Below, piece after piece: positions 1 to 9,649 of a stretch of 56,026 nucleotides of DNA. Each line of letters opens with the position of its first letter. Positions within the stretch are counted from its first letter, which is position 1. This stretch comes from Bacilli bacterium (GTDB taxonomy: Bacteria; Bacillota_I; Bacilli_A; ML615J-28; CAG-698). The position numbers were made by a program, and so were the translations under genes. Below the pieces are notes generated by a model. It did not search any database. It had not been told where the DNA came from and saw only the letters and a program-made list of their open reading frames with translations. The stretch covers positions 1 to 56,026 of the forward strand of contig JAEDHQ010000002.1 of assembly GCA_016296945.1 (NCBI GenBank), read 5' to 3'.

Positions 1-2151
1 TATAAACTATTAATTAATAATTTATTTTTAATAGTAATAAATATTATAATTCTTCTCTTCACATTAAACTTTTATTATGCATTAATATTATTAGTAATTT
101 ATTTATTTTATATATATAGAAAAAGTAAGACATTTTTCTATATAATGTTATTAACTGATATATTTATTATTATTAGTTATCTTATTAGAATATTATTAAT
201 TTATGATTATCATTTAGATAGCTTTGAAGGTATTGTTATCAATATTACTCACTATGACAGTTATAATAAACTAATAGTAAAAAAAGGTTTTATTAAAGTA
301 ATAGTTAATGATTATGATTTTTTAAAGATTAAGATTGGAGATAGTGTTTTTGTAACTGGAATAAATAAAGAAATCACAACAAATCGAATTGAAGGATTAT
401 TTAATTATCAAAATCATTATTTTAGTCAAAATATAGTATCGATAATAAAAGCAAAAAGCATTGAAATAAATAGTGGATTTAATGTTTATTATCTAAGAAG
501 GTATTTATATGAATACATTAATAAATCATTTGACGATTTAAGCAGTAGCTATATGTTAGGAATGATTTTAGGCGATAGTAGTTCTATTAGTCAAGATGCA
601 ATGGAGAATATTAGAATTAATGGAATTTCTCATTTATTTGCTATTTCTGGTTTGCATATCACTTTATTGATTTCTATTATGCAAAAATTATTAGAAAAAA
701 TTAATTTAAAAGATAATTTTATAGAGAAGATAATCAGTCTTTTGTTGTTAATTTATTTAATAATTACAAATTTTACTGTCTCAATATTTAGAGCAAGTCT
801 TATGTACTTTATTAGTATCATTAATAAACATTTAAAACTAAGTTTAACAAGTCTTGATATTATCAGTATAATCTTTATCTTATTTGTCATTTTTAATCCA
901 TATTATATGTATTCATTGAGTTTTATTTTGAGTTTTAGCGCTAGTATCTCTATTATAATTTTATCGCAAACCCTAAGAGTAAAAAATATGCGAATGAATA
1001 GTTTTTTAGAATTATTGTTTATTACGTTTGTTTTGCAGATTATCACGTTACCAATTGTAATAAACATTAATAATAGCATTAATCTTTTGTCAATTATTAC
1101 AAATGGTATTTTTATTACATTAGTTTCTTTTATTATTCTTCCTTCTACTTTTCTTGTTTTAATAATTCCTTTTTTTAAAGGAATTTATCAATACTTAATA
1201 TTAGCGTTTAATTGGTTAAATAATTTCTTTGGTAGTATCTTTTCTATTAATATTGTACTTCCTTCTTTTAAGATAATAGAAATAATCATATATTATATAT
1301 TATTAATAACAGTAGTTATGATATGGAATAAAAAAGATAAAAACATAGGAATAATTAAAAACAATAATCGAATTAAAAAGATAATCGTAATTATAAGTTT
1401 TAGTTTGTTCTTAATAACATATTATCAAAAAGCAAATTTAAATATTGATGGAAATATTTACTTTTTAGATATATATGAAGGGGACTGTACAATTATTGAT
1501 TTGCCTTTTAATCAAGGGGTTGTTATGATTGATACAGGAACAAGTGATTGTAAAGAAGTTCTTAGTTTTTTAAAAGTAAAAGGCATTAGAGAAATAGATT
1601 ATTTAGTTCTAACCCATGAACATGATGACCATTGTGGAAACAGCAATAACATAATTAATAATTTTAAAGTAAACAAAATTATCACTAGTGCATATAATAG
1701 TAATAGTTATCCTAATCAAGTAAGATTACAGGTTGGAGATAATTTTAAAATTAATGGTTATGAATTTTATATTTTAGGTCCCAAAAGATTTGATAAAAAT
1801 GATGAGAATAATAATAGTTTAATTGTGTATACTAAAATAGGTGACTATAATTATTTATTTTTAGCTGACGTTACAAAAGAGATCGAAGAAGAACTAATAA
1901 ACCATCAATTAGATGTAGACTGTGTTAAAGTAGCACATCATGGGTCTAATACTAGCACAAGTGAAGTGTTTTATAAAAGTATAAATCCCAAATATGTTTT
2001 TATTGAAACAGGAAGAGTTAAAAACTTTGGTTTTCCTCATCAAGAGGTAATTAATACATTAAGTGATTATCAAATATATCGAACTGACATCAATTATACA
2101 ATTACTGTGAAATTCAATAATAAAAGAAGTATAATCAAAACACTGAAGTAA
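1..2151 (+). CDS. comEC: DNA internalization competence protein ComEC/Rec2 (5'-partial, truncated by window start)
   Basis: Frame 1 is open from base 1, with no stop before the ATG at 145, and the upstream codons encode hydrophobic helices. The gene therefore most likely starts upstream of the window. Polytopic ComEC core ('GISHLFAISGLHITLL') and C-terminal metallo-beta-lactamase motif 'LTHEHDDHCGN'. Confidence 0.9.
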   Translation, partial: YKLLINNLFLIVINIIILLFTLNFYYALILLVIYLFYIYRKSKTFFYIMLLTDIFIIISYLIRILLIYDYHLDSFEGIVINITHYDSYNKLIVKKGFIKVIVNDYDFLKIKIGDSVFVTGINKEITTNRIEGLFNYQNHYFSQNIVSIIKAKSIEINSGFNVYYLRRYLYEYINKSFDDLSSSYMLGMILGDSSSISQDAMENIRINGISHLFAISGLHITLLISIMQKLLEKINLKDNFIEKIISLLLLIYLIITNFTVSIFRASLMYFISIINKHLKLSLTSLDIISIIFILFVIFNPYYMYSLSFILSFSASISIIILSQTLRVKNMRMNSFLELLFITFVLQIITLPIVININNSINLLSIITNGIFITLVSFIILPSTFLVLIIPFFKGIYQYLILAFNWLNNFFGSIFSINIVLPSFKIIEIIIYYILLITVVMIWNKKDKNIGIIKNNNRIKKIIVIISFSLFLITYYQKANLNIDGNIYFLDIYEGDCTIIDLPFNQGVVMIDTGTSDCKEVLSFLKVKGIREIDYLVLTHEHDDHCGNSNNIINNFKVNKIITSAYNSNSYPNQVRLQVGDNFKINGYEFYILGPKRFDKNDENNNSLIVYTKIGDYNYLFLADVTKEIEEELINHQLDVDCVKVAHHGSNTSTSEVFYKSINPKYVFIETGRVKNFGFPHQEVINTLSDYQIYRTDINYTITVKFNNKRSIIKTLK

Positions 2152-2257
2152 ATAATATATTTGTCCACAAATAGAAAGTGTAAAAACTTTTTATTGTGTA
2201 TATATATAACTGAATAATATATAATATACTAATAGATATTATATTATTTGGTAAAGT

Positions 2258-2287
2258 AAAGCATTGTATCTGCAATGCTTTATTTTT
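2258..2287 (+). terminator. Rho-independent terminator after comEC
   Basis: 9-bp stem aaagcattg/caatgcttt, 6-nt loop, followed by a T-run. Confidence 0.75.
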
Positions 2288-2367
2288 ATTTCAAATCATA
2301 AATAAGCAAATGTATTTTTTATATTCAAAAAAAATCAATAATATGATATAATCATTACAATAGGTGA

Positions 2368-3333
2368 ATGAGTATGGCAAATAATATATATTTTTATAAA
2401 GGCGATGAAAAGTTTCTAACAAGTTCAAAGATTCAACGTTTAATCAAAGAAACAAAAGCAGATGAATTAAATATTACTAGCTATGATTGTAGTGAGGTAA
2501 ATGTTGAAAAGGCTATTTTTGATGCTTTAACTCCAGCATTCTTAGGAAATAAAAAAGTTGTTATTATAAAAAATCCTGTCTTTATAGAATCTGAAAAAGC
2601 AAGTAGTTCTCATAATATTAAATTGTTAATCCAATATTTAGAAAAGCCTTGGGAAGAAACTGTCTTAATAATCAATGGTAGTGGTCTTAAAATAAATGAA
2701 AAATTAGAAGTTGTGAAAGCATTAAACAAATATGCTAATATCATTACTACTAATGGAATTAGTGAAGTAGAGTTTTCAGGTTGGTTACAACGTGAATGTG
2801 AACTACAAGGAGTAAAGATTGAAAAAAATGCAATTGCATTATTCTATAAATCTAGTGGCAATGATTTGGAACAAACACAAAATGAAATTTCTAAAGTTAT
2901 TAATTATGTAGGAAAGAATGGATTAATAACTGAAGCTATTACAAAAGAATTAATTTCAAAAAACTCACAAAATGATATTTTTACATTGACAAACGCTCTT
3001 TGTGAGCAAAATAAAAAGAAAGTTTTTGAAGTATATTTAGAGTTAACTCGTTATGAAAAAGATGTTTCAGTTTTAATTAATATGATATCAAAGACATTAA
3101 GGGATAATTTATTAGTTAAGATGCTAGTTAAAGAAGGATATGAACAAGCACAAGTTGCATCTAAAATGAAGGTATCTCCTAATAGAGCTTATTATATGAT
3201 TAAAAATGCTAATATGTTTTCTGTTGATGTTATTAAAAAATATATTAATAATATAGCTTTATTAGATTATAATATTAAAAGTGGTAAAGTCGATAAACGC
3301 ATTGGTTTTGAAGAATTTTTATTAAATTTATAG
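2368..3333 (+). CDS. holA: DNA polymerase III subunit delta
   Basis: About 320 aa. The N-terminus 'IYFYKGDEKFL' and overall layout are typical of HolA, and the position after comEC matches Bacillus. The AGGTGA at 2362-2367 favours the second ATG at 2374 as the true start. Confidence 0.85.
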   Translation: MSMANNIYFYKGDEKFLTSSKIQRLIKETKADELNITSYDCSEVNVEKAIFDALTPAFLGNKKVVIIKNPVFIESEKASSSHNIKLLIQYLEKPWEETVLIINGSGLKINEKLEVVKALNKYANIITTNGISEVEFSGWLQRECELQGVKIEKNAIALFYKSSGNDLEQTQNEISKVINYVGKNGLITEAITKELISKNSQNDIFTLTNALCEQNKKKVFEVYLELTRYEKDVSVLINMISKTLRDNLLVKMLVKEGYEQAQVASKMKVSPNRAYYMIKNANMFSVDVIKKYINNIALLDYNIKSGKVDKRIGFEEFLLNL

Positions 3334-3340
3334 TGTTTAA

Positions 3341-3374
3341 AAACAAGAGGTCCTAAATGGATTTCTTGTTTTTA
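3341..3374 (+). terminator. Terminator after holA
   Basis: Stem aaacaaga/tcttgttt with a 15-nt loop, then a T-run. Confidence 0.6.
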
Positions 3375-3560
3375 TTAAGATAAATAAAGTAAGGAAAATT
3401 GGAATCTTTAAATAGATTAAACATTATGATATAATTTAACCGTCCTTTCTTGTATTATTTCTGGCGATTTAATTATAACAAAGGACATTTTTTTATACAA
3501 TAAAAATACGCTGTCAAATAATCTACTGATTATCAGTAAAATTTTTGACAAAGCTGAAAT

Positions 3561-3590
3561 AAAAAAAACATCTGTCATTCAGATGTTTTT
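3561..3590 (-). terminator. Rho-independent terminator after rpsT
   Basis: 7-bp stem acatctg/cagatgt with a 5-nt loop. It is flanked by an A-run (a U-run on the minus strand) immediately after the rpsT stop. Confidence 0.8.
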
Positions 3591-3854
3591 TTATGCGATA
3601 CTATTAACTAATAAAGCCAAACGAGATTTGTTGCGAGCAACAAAATTTTTATGATAAATGCCTTTTGCTAAACCTTTATCTAATTTTTTGCAAGCTAGAT
3701 TAAAAGCAGCACTAGCTTCTTCCTTTTTACCTGCTGCAACTATTTTTTCTAAGTTTTTGATAGCTGTCTTAACAGATGATTTGAAAGATGCATTTTTTAA
3801 TCTTCTTTTTTCGTTTGTAATATTACGTTTTACTTGTTGTTTAATGTTTGCCAT
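3591..3854 (-). CDS. rpsT: 30S ribosomal protein S20
   Basis: 87-aa basic protein starting 'MANIKQQVKRNITNEKRRLKN', a canonical S20 N-terminus. Confidence 0.95.
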   Translation of the reverse strand: MANIKQQVKRNITNEKRRLKNASFKSSVKTAIKNLEKIVAAGKKEEASAAFNLACKKLDKGLAKGIYHKNFVARNKSRLALLVNSIA

Positions 3855-3984
3855 TATCTTACCTCCATATTACATACTAATTTATTATACTAGAAATTAA
3901 TAAAAAAATCAAGTATTATTTTTAGTTTTTATTATTTATTGTTTAAAAAGAACAAATAAGATAATAATAAAACCGAGGTGATTA

Positions 3985-4926
3985 ATGATGAATGAAATGA
4001 AAAGTAAAAAATTATATTCTATTAGAACTGATTTGGCTTGTGAAAATGGTTTTTTTCGAAAAATGAAAGAACAAGGGAAAACAATTGATAAAAATGGAAT
4101 TGTTATAACAAAATATTTAGATGAAGATAATTCATGTAACGAATTATATTACAATATTGATACAAGGGCAATTAAAACTCATGATACTGATGATTTAAAT
4201 AATTGCATTGATGCGTTATCAGATGTTATCATAGAAATGAAAAAATATTTACAAATAAAAGAAAATGCAAAATGTTTAATTATTGGTCTTGGAAATATTA
4301 ATGTTACTCCTGATTCTCTAGGGCCAATGGTTTGTGATAATGTGATTATCACGCGTCATATGTTTGTTACAAACCAAGATGTTAGTGATGGTATTACTGA
4401 GGTTAGTGCTTTAGCACCAGGAGTAATGGGAACTACAGGTATTGAAACATATGATATTGTTGATGCAGTACTAAAAAAAATAGATATCGATTATGTAATT
4501 GTTATTGATGCTTTGGCAGCCAGAGCTACAGAAAGAGTAAATAAGACAATCCAAGTAACTAATGTCGGAATAACACCAGGTTCTGGAGTTGGAAACTCGC
4601 GAAAGGAATTATCGATTAAAACAATCGGTAAACCAGTGATTGCTATTGGTGTTCCAACAGTTGTTGATGCAGTTACAATTGCCAGTGATACAATTGATAT
4701 AGTCATTAATTATATTAAAAGTCATGTAAAAGAAGAGCAAGATAAAATCTTTGGAAGCTTTGGGAATTTAAAAGAAGAAGACAAAAAAGCCTTAATTGAT
4801 GAAGTCTTAACTGAAAGTGGTTTTAATATGGTTGTAACACCAAAAGAAGTTGATTTAGATATTAATGATTTAACAAATGTAATTAGTGGAGCCTTAAATA
4901 AAGCTCTTCATCCATTAGTAAATTAA
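3985..4926 (+). CDS. gpr: Germination protease (GPR endopeptidase)
   Basis: N-terminal 'IRTDLACE' motif, 'IIGLGN...TPDSLGP' and 'VIVIDALAAR' blocks typical of spore protease Gpr. GAGGTGA Shine-Dalgarno lies upstream. Confidence 0.9.
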   Translation: MMNEMKSKKLYSIRTDLACENGFFRKMKEQGKTIDKNGIVITKYLDEDNSCNELYYNIDTRAIKTHDTDDLNNCIDALSDVIIEMKKYLQIKENAKCLIIGLGNINVTPDSLGPMVCDNVIITRHMFVTNQDVSDGITEVSALAPGVMGTTGIETYDIVDAVLKKIDIDYVIVIDALAARATERVNKTIQVTNVGITPGSGVGNSRKELSIKTIGKPVIAIGVPTVVDAVTIASDTIDIVINYIKSHVKEEQDKIFGSFGNLKEEDKKALIDEVLTESGFNMVVTPKEVDLDINDLTNVISGALNKALHPLVN

Positions 4927-4946
4927 ATGAAAAGAGAAATGACAAT

Positions 4947-5225
4947 ATGAAAGGTAAAATATTTTTATTGTTAATTGCTACATTGTTTATTGGAATGGCA
5001 ATAAATATCCCCACAGAAGATGAGAAAAAAATAATTACACAAGAAAAGTTAGATGAATTTGAGGAAAATGTTATAATCAAAGACAATGATTATGTAAATA
5101 TAGTAAATAGTATAGATCCTACACCATTTAATAATGCTGGAAAAAAAGTTGAAGGATTAATCGATAAAGGTTTTGATTTATGTTTTGGTATTTTAAAAGG
5201 AATGATAGAAAATGATGAACAATAA
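4947..5225 (+). CDS. Hypothetical small secreted/membrane-anchored protein
   Basis: 92-aa ORF with an N-terminal hydrophobic segment (KIFLLLIATLFIGMAI). It is tightly spaced after gpr. No recognisable family. Confidence 0.4.
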   Translation: MKGKIFLLLIATLFIGMAINIPTEDEKKIITQEKLDEFEENVIIKDNDYVNIVNSIDPTPFNNAGKKVEGLIDKGFDLCFGILKGMIENDEQ

Positions 5226-5390
5226 AAAATTAAGGAATATTTTATTAGCATTTGCAATAATTTATATCGCTTATTATTTGGTTGTCTATATAATTCATTT
5301 TTAATTACTAGTTTTTTATGATTAATATTCAAAATAATTTTACTTTATGCTATAATTATGCATATGTAAAATAATATTGGAGTACTAATT

Positions 5391-6509
5391 ATGAAAGTAG
5401 CAATCATTGGTGGTGGAGCATGTGGAGTTATCTGTGCCATAAAACTAAAAAAAAATAATCCTAATCTTAATGTTGTAATATTTGAACAAAATGATCGTAT
5501 CTTAAAAAAAGTCTTAAAAACTGGTAATGGAAAATGCAATATTACTAATCATTTAATAAGTGATGATATGTACAATGATTTTTTATTAATTAAAAATAAT
5601 GAAGAAATTAATGTAACTAAGGAATTATCTGATTTAGGTATTGTTTTAAAAGAAACAACATTAGGTAGAGTATATCCATATTCCGAGTCTTCCAAAACAG
5701 TGATTAATGTTCTTTTAAGAAATTTAGATAGATATGGTGTAAATGTGGAAACCAATTATTTAGTTAATGATATAAACTATCAAAATGATAAGTTCATAAT
5801 TAATAATTCTTTAAAGTTTGATTATGTTGTGATGGCAACAGGATCAATTGCTCAAGAAAAGACTAATGGATATAGTATAATGCAAACATTAGGTCATAAA
5901 GTAAGTACATTAAGACCGGGTTTAGTCCCTATCATAACATATGAAAAGACTGATCATTTACAAGGTATTCGTTGTAAAGTAGAAACTAAAGTTAATGGTA
6001 GAACTTTAAGTGGAGAGTTATTATACAAAAATGATGGTTTATCAGGAATCCTATCTTTAGATTTATCAAGACTAGTTAAAGTAGATGATATAATATGTTT
6101 TGATTTAATGCCAGAGTTTAGTTATCAAGAAATAAAAAATTTATTAAATAAGCAAGCACTTGATAATTATTCAGTAAAAGAACTATTAGAAGGAATCTTT
6201 AGTAAAGTATTAGTTAATGAAATAATGAAAAGAAGTAAAGACTTAGATTCTATTATTGACAATATTAAAAATTTCAGATTTACTGTTAAGGGTTTCAAAG
6301 ACTTTAAAGAAGCACAAATTGTTTGCGGTGGAGTTAAAGTATCGGAAGTAAATAATGATTTTTCATCTAGAAAAATAAAAAATCTATATCTTGGAGGAGA
6401 ACTTTTAGATGTAGATGGTGCTAGTGGAGGATATAACCTATTTTTTGCTTGGTTATCAGGGATTGTGATTGCAAATTCTATCAATAAAAAATGTTCTAAC
6501 TATTGTTAG
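5391..6509 (+). CDS. NAD(P)/FAD-dependent oxidoreductase, HI0933/BaiN-like flavoprotein
   Basis: Dinucleotide fold 'VAIIGGGACG', then 'KTGNGKCNITN', and C-terminal 'GGELLDVDGASGGYNL', characteristic of the HI0933-like family. Confidence 0.85.
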   Translation: MKVAIIGGGACGVICAIKLKKNNPNLNVVIFEQNDRILKKVLKTGNGKCNITNHLISDDMYNDFLLIKNNEEINVTKELSDLGIVLKETTLGRVYPYSESSKTVINVLLRNLDRYGVNVETNYLVNDINYQNDKFIINNSLKFDYVVMATGSIAQEKTNGYSIMQTLGHKVSTLRPGLVPIITYEKTDHLQGIRCKVETKVNGRTLSGELLYKNDGLSGILSLDLSRLVKVDDIICFDLMPEFSYQEIKNLLNKQALDNYSVKELLEGIFSKVLVNEIMKRSKDLDSIIDNIKNFRFTVKGFKDFKEAQIVCGGVKVSEVNNDFSSRKIKNLYLGGELLDVDGASGGYNLFFAWLSGIVIANSINKKCSNYC

Positions 6510-6563
6510 AGCATTTTTCTTTATATTTTTATAAATTAATTATCCGAAAGTAAAATAATGTTA

Positions 6564-6592
6564 TTTACAAAATTGATAAATAAATGTATAAT
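6564..6592 (+). promoter_or_regulatory. Sigma-A-type promoter for the thiT leader
   Basis: TTTACA, a 17-nt spacer, then TATAAT, about 20 nt upstream of the riboswitch. Confidence 0.55.
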
Positions 6593-6608
6593 ATTAGTGT
6601 ATTAGATT

Positions 6609-6690
6609 GACATGGGAGCTACGGCTGAGAGGTTGCGTAATGGCAACGACCATCAAACCTGATCTAGGTAATGCTAGCGTAGGAAAAAAG
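6609..6690 (+). promoter_or_regulatory. TPP (THI-box) riboswitch aptamer
   Basis: Contains the conserved 'ctgaga' and 'acctgatctaggtaatgctagcgtagga' core elements of the THI element. It sits directly upstream of a thiamine transporter gene. Confidence 0.9.
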
Positions 6691-6715
6691 ATTGAACAAT
6701 AGTTTTTTTAAGTAC

Positions 6716-6741
6716 GTTTTTGGCATTCAAAAACTTTTTTA
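6716..6741 (+). terminator. Riboswitch expression-platform terminator
   Basis: Perfect 7-bp stem gtttttg/caaaaac with a 5-nt loop, then TTTTTT. It lies between the aptamer and the thiT Shine-Dalgarno. Confidence 0.8.
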
Positions 6742-6763
6742 TTTTTTAGGAGGTATAGTTGTT

Positions 6764-7369
6764 ATGAGAAAAAAAGAAGTTTTTAATGTTACATTCAGTG
6801 CAATAATGTTAAGTTTATCAGTTGTATTGGAATTATTATTTAAGTTTGTTATTATTTTAGACATGCCAAATGGTGGTGGGCTTTCAATTGCGATGTTACC
6901 TGTAATTGTAGCAAGTATTGTTTGTGGATGGCAATATGGTTTAGTTGCTGGTATTGGTTATGGTTTACTTAACTTTTTAATCGATGGCTACGGATTTAGC
7001 TTATGGTCATTTATCTTTGATTATATTTTAGCTTATGCAAGTGTTGCAATTGCAGCTGTATTTAGAAAGCAAATTTTAGAAGGCAAGAAGAGTTATTTTG
7101 CACTAGCTGTTGTTTGCGTGTTCTTACTTCGTTGGGTTGCTAATGGCTTAAGTGGTGTTATTAATGCCGAAGCTTGGGGATATAATGCAGAATTTTTAGC
7201 AGAAATGTTTGGTGATGGAAAGACTGGAATGGGTTATTTATTCTTATATTCATTTGTAGTTTATAATTATCCTTATCTTTCAATGTCATGCGTTTTCTGT
7301 ATTGTTGTCGGAATCTTAGCTTATAAAGTACTATTCCAAAAATTTGTTCGTGAAGAAACTGAAGAGTAA
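6764..7369 (+). CDS. thiT: Thiamine ECF-transporter substrate-specific (S) component ThiT
   Basis: Polytopic membrane protein downstream of the TPP riboswitch. The ATG at 6764 is preceded by AGGAGG. The longer ORF from 6692 would cross the riboswitch terminator. Confidence 0.8.
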   Translation: MRKKEVFNVTFSAIMLSLSVVLELLFKFVIILDMPNGGGLSIAMLPVIVASIVCGWQYGLVAGIGYGLLNFLIDGYGFSLWSFIFDYILAYASVAIAAVFRKQILEGKKSYFALAVVCVFLLRWVANGLSGVINAEAWGYNAEFLAEMFGDGKTGMGYLFLYSFVVYNYPYLSMSCVFCIVVGILAYKVLFQKFVREETEE

Positions 7370-7460
7370 ACAAGTAAAGATATTAAAATAGTAATTAATA
7401 ATTAAGAGCAAAAACTAAGTTTAAAGAATAGTTATTAAATATACATATGGAAATATAACG

Positions 7461-7497
7461 CGACATAATAGTTTTAATACTAATTATGTCGTTTTTT
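7461..7497 (+). terminator. Terminator after thiT
   Basis: Stem cgacataat/attatgtcg followed by TTTTTT. Confidence 0.7.
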
Positions 7498-7701
7498 ATG
7501 CTTTGCCTATATTATAACTATGATAAAACGGGACAGAATATGATTTTTAAATAAATAATATTATTTAATAAAATTTTTAGAAGATTTTTTAATTTTAATG
7601 TTAAATGTCATAAATATTTTATTTACTATAGATGAAAAATGTGATATAATTAATTTATAAATATATGAAAGGGAAATGCATTTTGCATAAAGTTTTAAAT
7701 T

Positions 7702-8304
7702 ATGAATTTACCAAATAAATTAACTATCGGAAGAATGTGCGCAATTCCGCTTGTTATTGCAATATCTTTGATATCTGCATTGCGTAATATTGTTATTTTG
7801 GAAACAGTTACATTACAAGAATTATTATTACTAATTATTTTTGCTTTAGCATCAATTACAGATTGCTTAGATGGAAAGATTGCAAGAAAATATAATCTTG
7901 TAACTAACTTTGGTAAGTTTATGGATCCATTAGCTGATAAACTATTAGTTTTATCAACACTAATTGCACTACTTGAAATGGGGAAATTTAGTGTTTTTGG
8001 TGTGAGTTTAGGATTCGTAATAACAATTATCTTAGCACGTGAACTTGCTATTACAAGTTTACGTACGATTGCTGCTGATAATGGTGTGGTTATTGCAGCA
8101 TCAAAATTAGGAAAATATAAAACTGTTTCACAAATGGTTATGATAATCTTTTTAATTATTGATTGTTATCCATTTACATTTTTAGGCGGTGTAGCAAGAG
8201 ATGTTACTGCTTTAGTTTTAATTTCAATTGCTACTATCTTAACTATTGTTTCTGGAATTGATTATTTTATAAAAAATGGTTCTGTTCTCAAACAATCTAA
8301 ATAG
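7702..8304 (+). CDS. pgsA: CDP-diacylglycerol--glycerol-3-phosphate 3-phosphatidyltransferase
   Basis: CDP-alcohol phosphatidyltransferase motif 'DCLDGKIARK...GKFMDPLADK'. Sits upstream of recA as in Bacillus. Confidence 0.9.
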   Translation: MNLPNKLTIGRMCAIPLVIAISLISALRNIVILETVTLQELLLLIIFALASITDCLDGKIARKYNLVTNFGKFMDPLADKLLVLSTLIALLEMGKFSVFGVSLGFVITIILARELAITSLRTIAADNGVVIAASKLGKYKTVSQMVMIIFLIIDCYPFTFLGGVARDVTALVLISIATILTIVSGIDYFIKNGSVLKQSK

Positions 8305-8373
8305 ATATCAATAATAATAAAACAAGAATTTAGAAATAAAATAATAAACAACAAATATAAATAGGAGAAAAAT

Positions 8374-9363
8374 ATGGCTGAAGAAAAAAATAAAGCGTTA
8401 GAACAAGCATTTAAGGATATTGAGAAACAATTTGGAAAAGGCTCAGTAATGCGTTTAGGAGAAAAAGTGCATGAAAAGATGGAAGTCATTCCAACTGGAT
8501 CTGTTTCTTTAGATATGGCATTAGGTGTTGGCGGATATCCAAAGGGACGAATCGTGGAAATCTATGGACCTGAAAGTAGTGGAAAAACAACTTTTGCTTT
8601 ACATGCAATTGCGGAGGCACAAAAAGAAGGTGGCATTGCCGCTTTCATTGATGCTGAACATGCTCTTGATCCACGTTATGCTCATGCTTTAGGTGTTGAT
8701 GTTGATAATTTAATTGTTTCTCAACCTGACACTGGTGAACAAGCATTAGAAATTGCTGACCACTTAATTAAAAGTGGTGCTATCTCAATTTTAGTAGTTG
8801 ACTCAGTTGCTGCATTAGTTCCAAAAGCAGAAATTGATGGTGATATGGGAGATTCTCATGTTGGTATTCAAGCTCGTTTAATGTCACAAGCAATGCGTAA
8901 ATTAAGCGGAGCAATTAGTAAGAGTAATGCTGTTGCTATCTTTATTAACCAAATAAGAGAAAAAGTTGGTGTAATGTTTGGAAGCCCAGAAACTACCTCA
9001 GGTGGTCGAGCTTTAAAATTCTATGCATCAGTACGCTTAGATATCCGTCGTGTTGAACAAATCAAACAAGGTGATACTCCAATTGGTAACTTAACAAGAG
9101 TAAAAGTTGTTAAGAACAAAGTAGCTCCCCCATTTAGAGTAGTTGATGTTGACTTAATCTACGGTAAGGGTATAAGTAAAGAAGCTGAAATCTTAGATTT
9201 AGCAGTTAAGTATGATATTATTAATAAGAGTGGATCATGGTTCTCATATAATGATGAAAAACTAGGTCAAGGTCGAGAAAATATCAAACAATATCTACAT
9301 GAAAATCCTAACCTTTTAGAAGAAATTCATCAAAAAATTAAAGATGTATACATGCAAGAATAA
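8374..9363 (+). CDS. recA: Recombinase RecA
   Basis: Walker A 'GPESSGKTT' and highly conserved RecA blocks ('[14 protein letters not shown]'). Confidence 0.98.
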   Translation: MAEEKNKALEQAFKDIEKQFGKGSVMRLGEKVHEKMEVIPTGSVSLDMALGVGGYPKGRIVEIYGPESSGKTTFALHAIAEAQKEGGIAAFIDAEHALDPRYAHALGVDVDNLIVSQPDTGEQALEIADHLIKSGAISILVVDSVAALVPKAEIDGDMGDSHVGIQARLMSQAMRKLSGAISKSNAVAIFINQIREKVGVMFGSPETTSGGRALKFYASVRLDIRRVEQIKQGDTPIGNLTRVKVVKNKVAPPFRVVDVDLIYGKGISKEAEILDLAVKYDIINKSGSWFSYNDEKLGQGRENIKQYLHENPNLLEEIHQKIKDVYMQE

Positions 9364-9402
9364 AACTTAAAAATTTATTTGCGATAAGAAAAGAAAAAAT
9401 TT

Positions 9403-9435
9403 GGTTTCTAATAATTTTATTAGAAGCCTTTTTTT
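9403..9435 (+). terminator. Terminator after recA
   Basis: 10-bp stem ggtttctaat/attagaagcc (one G-U pair), 6-nt loop, T-run. Confidence 0.75.
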
Positions 9436-9532
9436 ATGAAGAAAGATTTGATTTATAAAGGAAAAGATAAAAAAATATTATAAATACATATTTTTAAATA
9501 TAATAATTTTTTAAATTGAGAGATTTCTTCCA

Positions 9533-9561
9533 TTGACTGAAATAGTTTTTTGTAGTATAAT
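9533..9561 (+). promoter_or_regulatory. Sigma-A-type promoter for rny
   Basis: TTGACT, a 17-nt spacer, then TATAAT. Confidence 0.6.
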
Positions 9562-9649
9562 TAAAAGGATGTAAAATATTATGTATAATTACTTATAATT
9601 TAATAACTAATTTTATATAGATTTACAAATTTAAAAATAGGAGGAAAAT

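Noticed and set aside
3658-3900. 80-aa plus-strand ORF antisense to rpsT
   Set aside because: It lies entirely within or opposite the well-supported S20 gene, its sequence is low-complexity hydrophobic, and it has no Shine-Dalgarno. It is a shadow ORF.
6692-6763. N-terminal extension of the thiT ORF (track start 6692)
   Set aside because: It would be translated across the TPP riboswitch terminator hairpin and T-run. The ATG at 6764 has a perfect AGGAGG Shine-Dalgarno.
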